A DNA stretch of 55,655 bases. Origin: a virus (Duplodnaviria; Caudoviricetes). The stretch lies in IMG/VR virus record IMGVR_UViG_3300001686_000006, positions 1-55,655 of that record; one strand, 5' to 3'. The notes under the pieces are model-generated. The model was given only the letters and a program-made list of their open reading frames with translations, ran no database searches and was not told the DNA's origin. Shown piece by piece: positions 45,747-55,229 of the stretch. Within the stretch, counting starts at the first letter, position 1. Every line of letters starts with the position of its first letter. The position numbers and the translations under genes were made by a program.

Positions 45747-46275
45747 CCAGAATCTGACCCAGGATTACCTTAATTGGTTAGGCTCTCAGATCCAAAACGA
45801 GCACAGTAATCCGGACAAGACCTATCAAGGCTTGCTCTTCACTATGTTCGAGAAGAACTTCGAGTTCAGTATGCCCATGGACGAGAATCGCATGGTCGAT
45901 GGGCTAGATCTACGGGTGGAGTTCGCCCGCGAGAATCGTCTACGCCCCACTGCCTTGCGTAATCTGGGTCCGTGTTCGTTTCTCGAAGTGGTGATCGGAC
46001 TGTCTCGTCGATTGGCATTTATCGCCGGAGGCGATGCTTCGATATGGGCCTGGACCCTCTTGAGCAATCTCGAGTTGCACAGGCTGTCTGATCCGTTCAC
46101 GCCAGCCAAGCAGCGTAAAGCGTTGACGATCATGGACACGGTGATCAACAGATCATATTCACCCGACGGAACTGGTGGCTTCTTTCCGTTGGCGTGGCCC
46201 GATGAGGATCAGACCGGAGTAGAGCTCTGGTATCAGATGAACGCCTATGCCACGGAAATCCATCCGGAGCATTAA
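45730..46275 (+). CDS. Conserved phage protein
   Basis: DENR..DGLDLR, CSFLEV, G.GGFFP, ELWYQMNAY. Confidence 0.7.
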   Translation: MTTKTSQNLTQDYLNWLGSQIQNEHSNPDKTYQGLLFTMFEKNFEFSMPMDENRMVDGLDLRVEFARENRLRPTALRNLGPCSFLEVVIGLSRRLAFIAGGDASIWAWTLLSNLELHRLSDPFTPAKQRKALTIMDTVINRSYSPDGTGGFFPLAWPDEDQTGVELWYQMNAYATEIHPEH

Positions 46276-46281
46276 AGAAAA

Positions 46282-46470
46282 ATGACTGTTATGCCCAGAC
46301 CAAAGGAAGTTCTACACGACGAAACCCCATCGATCGTCAAGGACCATAAATTCGAGCCGAGAGGAGAATGGTGGACGTTGTGTAAGCACTGTCATCTTGC
46401 TGAAAGTGCCCACGCGGAAACGACCCGGCGGTTTCAGTACTACAGCGATGATCTAACTGAAGACATCTGA
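46282..46470 (+). CDS. Small Cys/His protein
   Basis: H...CKHC....H pattern. Confidence 0.55.
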   Translation: MTVMPRPKEVLHDETPSIVKDHKFEPRGEWWTLCKHCHLAESAHAETTRRFQYYSDDLTEDI

Positions 46471-46481
46471 TAAGGAGGATA

Positions 46482-49400
46482 ATGGATTTCTATCAGATCC
46501 GGGTACGAGAAACGAAGGACAAGCTCTTAGAGCTATATCCAGACTTCGTCATCGGCCGTTCTGAGGATCTGATGGTCCAGGGTGGAAAGTTCTATGCCAT
46601 CTGGGATCCCGAGAAGGAACTATGGTCTAGAGATGAGTACGATGTGCAACGACTCGTCGATGAGGATTTGCTCCAGGAGAAGGAGAGACTGCAACGGGAA
46701 ACCGGGCAGACGTACACCGTAAAGTTCATGCGGTCGTTTCACTCCAACTCCTGGGCGCATTTCCGGAAATTCATGTCGAATATTTCCGACAACAGCCATC
46801 CGCTGGATAACAAGCTGGTGTTCGCCAATACCGAGGTGAAGAAGACCGATTACGCTAGCCGCAAACTCCCATACGCTATCGGAGAAGGGGATATCTCCGC
46901 ATGGGATGAGCTGATGTCTACACTATATTCACCTGATGAGCGGGATAAGGTGGAATGGGCGATTGGCTCTATCATTGCTGGCGATTCAAAGAAGATCCAG
47001 AAGTTCTTGGTCTTCTACGGACCACCGGGTACCGGGAAATCAACGGTTCTGAACATTATTCAAAAGCTATTCGAAGGCTACACAACCTCCTTCGATGGCA
47101 AAGCCCTAGGGTCATCCAACTCGCAATTTGCCACTGAGGCATTCAGGTATAATCCGCTGGTAGCAATTCAACACGACGGAAACCTGAGTCGCATCGAGGA
47201 CAATGCGCGGCTGAACTCGATCGTCGCTCATGAACAGATGACGATGAACGAAAAGTATAAGGCGTCATATTCTTCGCGAATTGATGCCATGCTGTTCCTG
47301 GGATCTAATCAACCGGTAAAGATCTCTGACGCCAAGTCAGGCATCATTCGTCGGTTGATCGATATTCATCCTACAGGAATCAAGTTCGGGTCCAAGCATT
47401 ATCAGGCGCTCCTGACTCAGATTGACTTTGAACTTGGTGCCATAGCGCACCATTGCCTCACTGTTTATTTGAGTATGGGCAAAAATTTCTACAATGCTTA
47501 TCGCCCGTTGGAGATGATGCTGCAAACCGACATCTTCTTCAACTTTATCGAAGCCCACTTCGACGTGTTCAAAGGCCAGGATTACACCACGTTGAAGCAG
47601 GCATATTTGCTCTACAAGGAATACTGCTCGGAAAGTGGGATCGAACGGCCTTTGCCCCAATACAAGATGCGCGAAGAACTGCGCAACTACTTCGATGAGT
47701 TCAAGGATCGAGCCGAGATCGACGGCGAAACTGTTCGTAGCGTGTATCGAGGGTTCACGGCAGAGAAGTTCAAGGCGCCCAAAGATGACAAGACCGCATT
47801 CTCATTGGTCTTGGAAGAGACGATATCTCTCCTGGATGAGGATCTAGCGTCGTGTCCGGCTCAGCTCGCGAATGCCAACGGAATGCCTTCCAAGCGATGG
47901 TCAAATGTACAGACCACCCTGACAGATATTGATTCGCGAGAAACTCATTACGTAAAAGTTCCAGAAAATCACGTGGTGATCGATTTCGATCTCAAGGATC
48001 AGAATGGCGATAAGGGTTTGGAACGAAATCTGGATGCGGCTTCGCATTGGCCTGCGACGTATGCAGAAATCAGCCGTTCTGGTTCGGGGATTCATCTGCA
48101 CTATATTTACGAGGGAAATCCCGCTGAGCTCGCTCCCATGTTCGCCGAGGGAATCGAGATCAAGGTCTATTCTGGTGATGCTGCGCTACGAAGGAAACTG
48201 TCGCTCTGCAACGCAGTGCCCGTGGCAAAGATCAGCTCGGGGTTGCCGCTCCGAGAGAGAAAGGATAAGATGCTTAAGGACAAGACGATTCAGAGCGAAC
48301 AAGGATTGCGGGCACTGATCCTACGGAATCTGCGCAAAGAGATCCATCCGGGAACCAAACCCTCGATCGATTTCATCAAGAAGATTCTCGACGACGCTTA
48401 TGAATCGGGCATGAAGTACGACGTAACTGATCTGCGTAGCCGAATCGTAGCCTTTGCCAACAACTCGTCCAATCAGGCCTCGGCGGCTCTGAAGGTGGTC
48501 ACCGAGATAAAATGGGCCTCGGCTGACGCTGGAGAGACCAAGGAAGAGGCATTCACGGCCGAGCATAAGGTAGAGGTATCCGACGATCGACTGGTGTTCT
48601 TCGACGTCGAGGTATATCCCAATCTGTTTGTGATCGCCTGGAAGTTCCAAGGGTCATCCGAAGTGGTGCGAATGATCAACCCCAAGCCGCACGAAGTGGC
48701 TGAGTTGTTCAAGTTGAAGCTGGTGGGCTTCTACAATCGTCGTTACGACAACCATATTATCTATGCCGCGGCCATGGGCGCCAGCACAGAGGAACTGTTC
48801 CGCTTGAGCACCAAGCTCATCGAGGGAAACCGCTCGGCTACCTTTGCCCAGGCCTACAATCTGTCCTACGCCGATATTTGGGACTTCTCGGTAGAGAAGA
48901 TGAGCCTGAAGAAATTCGAGATCAAACTCGGAATTCTGCACATGGAGTTGGATCTGCCCTGGGATCAACCGGTGGATAAGAAACACTGGTCTCGTGTGGT
49001 GGAATATTGTGTCAACGATGTAATCGCTACTGAAGTCGTGTTCGAGGATCGTAAAGCTGATTTCGTGGCTCGGCAAATTCTGGCTGAGCTATCTGGGCTC
49101 ACAGTCAATGACACCACGCAAACTCATACGGCCAAGATCATATTCGGCGATGACGTCAAGACGGCAAACAAGCAGTTCGTCTACACCGATCTCTCAAAGG
49201 ATTTCCCGGGGTACAAGTTCGAGCTGGGTAAGAGCTATTACAAGGGCGAAGAGCCAGGAGAGGGTGGCTATGTCTACGCTGAACCGGGAATGTATGAGAA
49301 CGTAGCGGTATTGGACGTTGTGAGCATGCATCCCAAGAGCATTGACCTACTTAATCTTTTCGGCCCGTATACGAAAAATTACGCTGCGCTTACAGAGGCT

Positions 49401-50309
49401 CGAATAGCGATCAAGCACCAAGACTATGACAAGGCGCGTTCGTTGCTCAATGGTCGGCTAGCCCCGTTTCTAGAGGGAGCTGAGAACGACCGAGCAGATC
49501 GTCATGGTACTGAGTTAGCTTTCGCTCTACGCATTGCCCTCAATATCGTCTACGGCCTTACTTCCGCCAAATTTGATAACCCCTTCCGGGATATTCGTAA
49601 CGTCGACAATATTGTCGCCAAGCGCGGCGCATTATTTATGATCGACCTGAAACAGGCTCTGCAGGAACAAGGCTTTCAGGTGATCCATATCAAGACGGAT
49701 TCCGTGAAAATCCCTAATGCTACTCCCGAAGCCATCGCTGCGGTGAAGACGTTGGGCTCGTTCTATGGGTATGAGTTCGATCACGAAGAAACCTACGACA
49801 GGTTCTGCCTGGTCAACGATGCGGTCTACGTGGGCGGAATCCTCACTGTTCCTTGGGAAGAGGGTCATCCGAAATACCACTGGACCGCAGTAGGGGCCCA
49901 ATTCCAACACCCCTATGTGTTCAAGACGCTGTTCTCAAATGAGCCGCGCACGTTTTACGACTATTGTGAAGCTCGAAGCGTGTTGAAGGGCACGATGTAT
50001 ATCTATACAGGCTCTGAGAAGCCCGTTAACGGTGTTCTCAGCGCCACCCCTAAGCAATTACGACATGTGGGTAGGACCGGCCTGTTTGTGCCTGTAGAGA
50101 GCGGTGGCGGTGCCTTGTACCGAGTCTATGAAGATAAGTATTACGCCGTGAGCGGCACCAAGGGTCATTTGTGGATGGAAGCGGATCTGGCGATTGAAGC
50201 TGGAGAGAAGGATGACCTGAAGATCGACATGACATATTTCGATAAGCTGAAGAACGACGCGGTCAAGGCGATCGACCAATTCGGGCCGTTCGAGGCATTT
50301 GTAAGCTAG
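46482..50309 (+). CDS. Helicase (SF3/D5-like) - primase (AEP-like) - 3'-5' exonuclease - family B-like DNA polymerase fusion
   Basis: Walker A GPPGTGKST; VIDFD and SRSGSGIHLHY; FFDVEVY, NRRYD, YCVNDV; LDVVSMHP, RIALNIVYG, HIKTDS. Confidence 0.88.
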   Translation: MDFYQIRVRETKDKLLELYPDFVIGRSEDLMVQGGKFYAIWDPEKELWSRDEYDVQRLVDEDLLQEKERLQRETGQTYTVKFMRSFHSNSWAHFRKFMSNISDNSHPLDNKLVFANTEVKKTDYASRKLPYAIGEGDISAWDELMSTLYSPDERDKVEWAIGSIIAGDSKKIQKFLVFYGPPGTGKSTVLNIIQKLFEGYTTSFDGKALGSSNSQFATEAFRYNPLVAIQHDGNLSRIEDNARLNSIVAHEQMTMNEKYKASYSSRIDAMLFLGSNQPVKISDAKSGIIRRLIDIHPTGIKFGSKHYQALLTQIDFELGAIAHHCLTVYLSMGKNFYNAYRPLEMMLQTDIFFNFIEAHFDVFKGQDYTTLKQAYLLYKEYCSESGIERPLPQYKMREELRNYFDEFKDRAEIDGETVRSVYRGFTAEKFKAPKDDKTAFSLVLEETISLLDEDLASCPAQLANANGMPSKRWSNVQTTLTDIDSRETHYVKVPENHVVIDFDLKDQNGDKGLERNLDAASHWPATYAEISRSGSGIHLHYIYEGNPAELAPMFAEGIEIKVYSGDAALRRKLSLCNAVPVAKISSGLPLRERKDKMLKDKTIQSEQGLRALILRNLRKEIHPGTKPSIDFIKKILDDAYESGMKYDVTDLRSRIVAFANNSSNQASAALKVVTEIKWASADAGETKEEAFTAEHKVEVSDDRLVFFDVEVYPNLFVIAWKFQGSSEVVRMINPKPHEVAELFKLKLVGFYNRRYDNHIIYAAAMGASTEELFRLSTKLIEGNRSATFAQAYNLSYADIWDFSVEKMSLKKFEIKLGILHMELDLPWDQPVDKKHWSRVVEYCVNDVIATEVVFEDRKADFVARQILAELSGLTVNDTTQTHTAKIIFGDDVKTANKQFVYTDLSKDFPGYKFELGKSYYKGEEPGEGGYVYAEPGMYENVAVLDVVSMHPKSIDLLNLFGPYTKNYAALTEARIAIKHQDYDKARSLLNGRLAPFLEGAENDRADRHGTELAFALRIALNIVYGLTSAKFDNPFRDIRNVDNIVAKRGALFMIDLKQALQEQGFQVIHIKTDSVKIPNATPEAIAAVKTLGSFYGYEFDHEETYDRFCLVNDAVYVGGILTVPWEEGHPKYHWTAVGAQFQHPYVFKTLFSNEPRTFYDYCEARSVLKGTMYIYTGSEKPVNGVLSATPKQLRHVGRTGLFVPVESGGGALYRVYEDKYYAVSGTKGHLWMEADLAIEAGEKDDLKIDMTYFDKLKNDAVKAIDQFGPFEAFVS

Positions 50310-50321
50310 TCAGGAGAGTTC

Positions 50322-50510
50322 ATGCCGGAGATTCGCTATTACACGGTGACTCAGGAACGCGAAGTCAAAGTTTCGGCCAATAGTCCAGTAGAGGCGGCTC
50401 AGATCGCCGACGCAGCGTTCAAGGGCGAGATTCAACCCGATGATCTTGTAGTTCAGTATATCACCCGGCCGGTTCGGGACCGGGATCTCGTAGTTCGTGA
50501 AGATTACTAA
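50322..50510 (+). CDS. Small protein, VxAxxxxEA family
   Basis: AGGAG SD; REVKVSANSPVEAAQIA. Confidence 0.7.
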   Translation: MPEIRYYTVTQEREVKVSANSPVEAAQIADAAFKGEIQPDDLVVQYITRPVRDRDLVVREDY

Positions 50511-50529
50511 CCTAATTTGAAAGGTCGTA

Positions 50530-50787
50530 GTGTCAAAGCACGTTATTGCGAACGGTAAGACCAAGTTCGTATTTGGATGGGATCAACCGCTACAGACATT
50601 CTTCTTCCAGGTCCACGATCTCCAGATTGCTGATGCTGATAGTAATCCCGTGATCTGGATGGGGGCAACGCCGGATACTGAGATCTATGACATTCCGGAG
50701 CTGCTCAGCATCGCCGAACAACACGATTGCGTGATCCCATACAAAACCCAAATTTACCTCTTCATCGAGAAAGATAATGGTATCTGA
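50530..50787 (+). CDS. Hypothetical phage protein
   Basis: GWDQPLQTFFFQV motif. Confidence 0.65.
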   Translation: MSKHVIANGKTKFVFGWDQPLQTFFFQVHDLQIADADSNPVIWMGATPDTEIYDIPELLSIAEQHDCVIPYKTQIYLFIEKDNGI

Positions 50788-50948
50788 TGGCCGATGTTTA
50801 TCGATATCGGGTGAGTGAAACTCGAGAAGTAGAGGTCACCGCCGAAGACGTCCTCGAAGCTGCCGGGAAGGCCAAGGAAGAGTTCGACGCCTCTCCCACC
50901 AATTACAAAGTTACGGTAACGTCGTTCATCGTAGAAAAGAGCAGCTAA
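50787..50948 (+). CDS. 53-aa paralogue of 50322..50510 (not in the ORF track)
   Basis: TGATG and TAATG overlaps; YRVSETREVEVTAEDVLEAAGKA. Confidence 0.7.
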   Translation: MADVYRYRVSETREVEVTAEDVLEAAGKAKEEFDASPTNYKVTVTSFIVEKSS

Positions 50949-51256
50949 TGGCTGGAAGCTATAATCATATTGTCACGGATGACGGAAACCTCGGTTCCAA
51001 CGAACACGTTGTCAGCATGCTGGAGAATGGTGGCGACGTGTTCGAAGCGGTCGAGGAGCTGTACGGCATGATCTGGTATTTGGCCGCGGGCCATGTGGAA
51101 TCCATCGAAAATCGTTTTCCCTATGACGCACCTAGGGCAAAGCAAGCGGCCACCAAGCTCTTGGTCGAAGTCGCTCACAAAAACTACAAACTCGGACTTG
51201 AGGTGGCTAAGGAGGTCCATGCCCAATACCCCGACAATGGACGAGGAGACGAATGA
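50948..51256 (+). CDS. Hypothetical protein
   Basis: Coupled on both sides. Confidence 0.65.
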   Translation: MAGSYNHIVTDDGNLGSNEHVVSMLENGGDVFEAVEELYGMIWYLAAGHVESIENRFPYDAPRAKQAATKLLVEVAHKNYKLGLEVAKEVHAQYPDNGRGDE

Positions 51257-51618
51257 AGTATAGACCAAAGGTGGTGTTGACCGAAGCTACGCAATGGCTC
51301 AAGCTTGGCGATCATCCTCAGGTAAAAGAACTCCCGGTTTCAGACCCGTTTCCAAATCGGCCGCCGGAAAATCCATACTGCTCGATCTGTGGCAATCTTA
51401 CAGAACGACATGGAGTTCTGGATAGTGGGGACGGGGAAGAACTGGTGTGCCCCAGTGACTATATTGTCACTGATCGACGGGGGGTAGCATACCGTTTTAG
51501 CCGGGGCGAATTCGAATCGCAATACGAACCCTACGTGCGCCCGCCTAATCATCCGCCCGTCCCCATTTCCGATGTCGAAGCGCGCCAGCAACGTACTAGA
51601 CGACATGAAGTATCGTAA
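51253..51618 (+). CDS. Phage protein with zinc-finger insert, tandem paralogue A
   Basis: MKYRPKVVLTEATQW..CSICG..H..VCPSDYIVTDR.G..EFESQYEPY. Confidence 0.7.
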   Translation: MKYRPKVVLTEATQWLKLGDHPQVKELPVSDPFPNRPPENPYCSICGNLTERHGVLDSGDGEELVCPSDYIVTDRRGVAYRFSRGEFESQYEPYVRPPNHPPVPISDVEARQQRTRRHEVS

Positions 51619-51982
51619 AAAGCCCGTTCTCACCGAAGCTACGCAGTGGTTTAGCAATGGTGATCATCCCCACGATGAGACGACCATTATCGAGACTCCA
51701 GATGGTGCCCTGCGGTCCAGCGAAGGCAAAGTGGTCAAGTATTTTCGTTCGCTGAAAATTCCCGGGGGGAGATTCTGCCCGGTATGTGGCAATGTCATGC
51801 AAGATCATGGTATGTTGGATGGGCCAAACGGCGAAGAGACGGTGTGTCCTGGTGACTATATTGTCACCGATCGTAAAGGCAATTACTACGTGGTCAAAGC
51901 CAGTGAATTTGAGGCACAGTATGAGCCCTATGAACTTATTGCTCATCTGCCCGAAATTATTGCTCATCCGCCCAAAGGTTAA
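51605..51982 (+). CDS. Phage protein with zinc-finger insert, tandem paralogue B
   Basis: MKYRKKPVLTEATQW..CPVCG..H..VCPGDYIVTDR.G..EFEAQYEPY. Confidence 0.7.
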   Translation: MKYRKKPVLTEATQWFSNGDHPHDETTIIETPDGALRSSEGKVVKYFRSLKIPGGRFCPVCGNVMQDHGMLDGPNGEETVCPGDYIVTDRKGNYYVVKASEFEAQYEPYELIAHLPEIIAHPPKG

Positions 51983-51985
51983 TAC

Positions 51986-52204
51986 ATGACGCTGACCATC
52001 AGTACGGATATTCTGCGACGGGATACGATTCACCTATTACGCCAGATCGATGCGCAAATCGACGTAATAAAAAAGGAAGCGCATCGGCTAGGAGTAGCGG
52101 TTGAACAAATGCGTGACAATAACGGCGCTTGGGTGATGAGTCCGTTGTTACTGGCCAAGACTCAGGCTTATTCGACTTTGGTACAGCTGCAAGACTATAG
52201 ATAG
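51986..52204 (+). CDS. Hypothetical protein
   Basis: ORF in operon context. Confidence 0.6.
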   Translation: MTLTISTDILRRDTIHLLRQIDAQIDVIKKEAHRLGVAVEQMRDNNGAWVMSPLLLAKTQAYSTLVQLQDYR

Positions 52205-52258
52205 TTCAGCCACCGAGAATGCCCATACACTTAACTGGAAAGGGACAATTTCCAACTC

Positions 52259-52525
52259 ATGTATAATGTGGCCATTCTCAAAGCGGTGAAGATTCCTACT
52301 CACCCAATGTGGGATGGCGACCAATGTTGGTTTCGCGCTGTCACGGATGTCCGCACTTCGGAGAAAATCTATCTGTTGCCTGAGCATAGAGTGATCCTAG
52401 TGGAAAAGCTCATTGCGATTTCCGATGCCGAAACATCTGTGGATCTGGAAGTGGAAGTAGTTGATTGGACGCTTGGTGCCCGCAGCGGAAGCAAGATGTA
52501 TCTCAAAGAGATCAAGGAGAGTTAA
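52259..52525 (+). CDS. Hypothetical protein
   Basis: ORF coupled by TAATG to the SSB gene. Confidence 0.5.
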   Translation: MYNVAILKAVKIPTHPMWDGDQCWFRAVTDVRTSEKIYLLPEHRVILVEKLIAISDAETSVDLEVEVVDWTLGARSGSKMYLKEIKES

Positions 52526-52992
52526 TGCCTGCTGAGAATACTGTCTTGATGGAGGGGGTGCGGATCATCTTCCGCAACTTCTCGGGCAAAGAAGGACAAT
52601 ACAACCGCGAAGGTGACCGCAACTTCGGGGTCATCCTACCACCCGATGTGGCTGAGCAAATGGCGGCTGACGGCTGGAACGTCAAATGGCTAAAGCCTCG
52701 CGAAGACGACGAGGAGGAAGCCGAGACCCCGTGGCTCGCTGTGTCGGTAAACTTCGACAAGGGCAAACCCCCGAAGATCATGCTGGTTACTGAGCGAGGA
52801 CGTACCGCGCTCAACGAAAATACCGTAGACACGCTCGATTGGGCTGACATCACCAATGTGGACTTGATTGTTCGGCCATATTCCTGGGAAGTCTCAGGAC
52901 GCACCGGCATCAAAGCATATCTCCAGTCCATGTATGTGACCATCGAGGAGGATGCCCTCGAGCGTAAATACGCCGAGATGGACGCCCAGTAG
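52525..52992 (+). CDS. Single-stranded DNA-binding protein (phage OB-fold type)
   Basis: RIIFRNFSG..YN..G.RNF, GWNVK, GIKAYLQSMYVTIEED; acidic tail. Confidence 0.7.
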   Translation: MPAENTVLMEGVRIIFRNFSGKEGQYNREGDRNFGVILPPDVAEQMAADGWNVKWLKPREDDEEEAETPWLAVSVNFDKGKPPKIMLVTERGRTALNENTVDTLDWADITNVDLIVRPYSWEVSGRTGIKAYLQSMYVTIEEDALERKYAEMDAQ

Positions 52993-53207
52993 TCACTGGG
53001 ACAAGGTTTGCTCATCGGAATACTAATGGGGTATATTCTTACCGCCACAGTAAGTCTGAAGGAGTAAAATGCGTCAAGACGTGTAAAGGTTGTATCGGCA
53101 AGCACTGCGCGCTGTGGTGTTGGCGATTAATTACGGCACGTTTCCCTAATCGCAGGCCATTCGAAGCTGGATAAAGTTACTACATGGGAAAGGTTTTTGT
53201 AAACCCC

Positions 53208-53744
53208 ATGAGCATTTCCACAGCGCAGTACATCAGAAAGCCTCTCTATGTGGCTGCCGTGCGTGTCACGAATGGCAACTTCGAAGAGATCGCCGACTGG
53301 TGCCAAGGGGAGATCCGACTTGACGATTCGGAATCGCTCCTCAACAACCCACGAAAGTATGTCGAAGTTCGGGTCCACAACCCGAAGAACGCCCGCCAGA
53401 CCAAAGCGTACGTCGGCGACTGGCTGCTATACACCGAGAAGGGCTACAAGGTTTACACGAACAAGGCCTTCCATGCCTCGTTCGACGAAGTGACTGAGCT
53501 GGACGAAAGCGATCTGGCAGGCGATGCCGAAACGGTGGTGCTCGGGCCGGAGTGCTTTGCCAAGATGAACGGCGAAGTGCTCTCGTGGAAGGGAGTCAAC
53601 TACGTGCGACAGACCACGCGCGAAGACCTCTACGTGGGCCACGAGGAGATCATGCCGGGAGTCACCGTCAACCAGGCGGTCGCCTTCGCCCGGTCCAACG
53701 AAGCCGTGGACATTCACTCTAACGGGGCTGATCAAGCCGCGTAG
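53208..53744 (+). CDS. Phage protein related to the 51253/51605 family
   Basis: YIRKPLYVAAVRVTNGNFEEIADWC..AYVGDWLL..GYKVY...F...F. Confidence 0.65.
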   Translation: MSISTAQYIRKPLYVAAVRVTNGNFEEIADWCQGEIRLDDSESLLNNPRKYVEVRVHNPKNARQTKAYVGDWLLYTEKGYKVYTNKAFHASFDEVTELDESDLAGDAETVVLGPECFAKMNGEVLSWKGVNYVRQTTREDLYVGHEEIMPGVTVNQAVAFARSNEAVDIHSNGADQAA

Positions 53745-53746
53745 TC

Positions 53747-54028
53747 AAGTTAGGTAGGGAAACCTAAACTTTATGAAATGAGAGGCCATTGCGCCTTCTT
53801 CGCTTCTTAGGCTCTCCGTAACCACTCGGAGGCCAAATCATAACGAGACGGGACACGCCCGTCGCCGTAAGTCCCGCAGTATGCGTGGAGGCTGCCAACC
53901 ACAGTCGGAGAAGCCATGCGTAAGTCGGGTAAATCGGCAAACCTTCTGAGTTAGCCGCAGAAGGGATTCAAACCCCGGGTAGTGTCCGGGTACCAGCGGG
54001 GTCGGCTCTCGCTGGTTATTGTTTTTTA
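53747..54028 (+). ncRNA. Structured non-coding region ending in a terminator
   Basis: Seven or more hairpins; final ACCAGCGGGG/CTCTCGCTGGT followed by a T-rich tract. Confidence 0.5.
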
Positions 54029-54052
54029 TCACCTAAGCTAAGAGGAGTACAG

Positions 54053-54274
54053 ATGGATCCAATCGTATGGGCTGTGAGACGACGAGGCCCCGATGTAAAA
54101 GGTGTGGTTATCTGTCGGGCCCGAGACCGAGAAGAAGCCAAGCAGATAGCTCGTCAATGTCTGCTTGGTAATCCCGATCTCTTCGTCGTCGAGCCTCTCT
54201 CTCATGCAGGAGAAGCCGTTGTATTCCATCTTAATACCGAGGGTGAAGCAGATGCAATACGCCGTGTCGCATAA
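54053..54274 (+). CDS. Small protein
   Basis: GAGGAG SD; VICRARDREEAKQIA. Confidence 0.7.
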   Translation: MDPIVWAVRRRGPDVKGVVICRARDREEAKQIARQCLLGNPDLFVVEPLSHAGEAVVFHLNTEGEADAIRRVA

Positions 54275-54385
54275 CCTCGAAAGGAAAATCATGCTCCAGT
54301 CCAGACTCCTCTGTGTTGCTCCCGATCACGGGTCGCAACTAGAGCTTACTGAGACGCAGTAAGCCACAACCCAAGGAGGTCCCTC

Positions 54386-54526
54386 TTGCCCAACAGCATC
54401 GCCGATCTGAAGAAGTTCTTCACGCCGGAGGGCGGAAGGCTGTCGATCGCCGAGTTCAAGGCCGAGTGGGATCAGCTCTCCGACGAGGAGAAGGACTGGT
54501 TCAAGTCGCAGCCCCTCGACGACTAG
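54386..54526 (+). CDS. 46-aa protein (not in the ORF track)
   Basis: AAGGAGG SD, TTG; MPNSIADLKKFFTPEGGRLSIAEFKAEWDQLSDEEKDWFKSQPLDD. Confidence 0.75.
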   Translation: MPNSIADLKKFFTPEGGRLSIAEFKAEWDQLSDEEKDWFKSQPLDD

Positions 54527-54529
54527 TCT

Positions 54530-55135
54530 CGTCGTGGGTAGGGAGTCCTAGGTAACCGAATTCTTTCCTGTTCGCGTTCGGATATCGTAAGAGGACGAAG
54601 CTGGATTGGGGTGAGCCGGAGAGTGTCGCTCGAGGCACAGAAGGTCGGGAGACTCCAGCATAATTTCACCATATTCGCCACCGCATAGGCCCCTCCTAGC
54701 GTGTGGTGAATCGTAAGCCTGCTCTACGAATTCAGGAAGTCCGAATCCGACGATGCCTCCTCGATGACCATCGTTGGATAGGCGCTGCGTGGAAGGCCCC
54801 ACGTAGAGAAGATGGAGAGAATCAGAACTCTTGAACGATGACGAGAAACGCTGGAACCCGGGGTGAGCCGGTTCCAAGCGCGAACTCGTTGGTTACGACC
54901 ATGGTCGTAGGGTCATATCGAACAAGAGCCCTCACTGCAAAGTCGATTCTTTCGCGATCTTCAAATCTTTCATATTTGCTTTAACCTCTGATAGGAAAGG
55001 AGGAACCATGGGTCGAACCCGATAAAGGGCCTACGTTCTCATTCTTTCGTCAATTTATTAGCCCACAAGACGCTCATAGTCTAAATAGGAGGATCGGGAG
55101 CAGCTTGGCCATGGTTTGAGTTGCTCCCCCTCCCC
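54530..55135 (+). ncRNA. Large structured non-coding region, about 600 nt, upstream of the Rpf-like gene (strand assumed)
   Basis: Long-range CTTTCCTGT/ATAGGAAAG and GTGGG/CCCAC pairings, many hairpins, GGGGTGAGCCGG twice. Confidence 0.55.
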
Positions 55136-55229
55136 CATATTCCACCATCCAAAGGAGGTTGTCTACCGGTCATGGCCGATGCGCCGAGGACGCAATAATG
55201 CATCGGAGAGATGATCGAGGACAAAAGTT

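Noticed and set aside
53960-53985. GGGATTCAAACCCC as a tRNA T-arm
   Set aside because: Lacks the G-T-T-C consensus, and no acceptor, D or anticodon arms could be built.
53860-54900. Group I/II intron reading of the structured regions
   Set aside because: They are intergenic, flanking ORFs are intact, and no domain V or P7 consensus was recognised.
55120-55147. TCCACCA as a tmRNA/tRNA-Ala 3' end
   Set aside because: No preceding T-arm and no matching 5' acceptor strand found.
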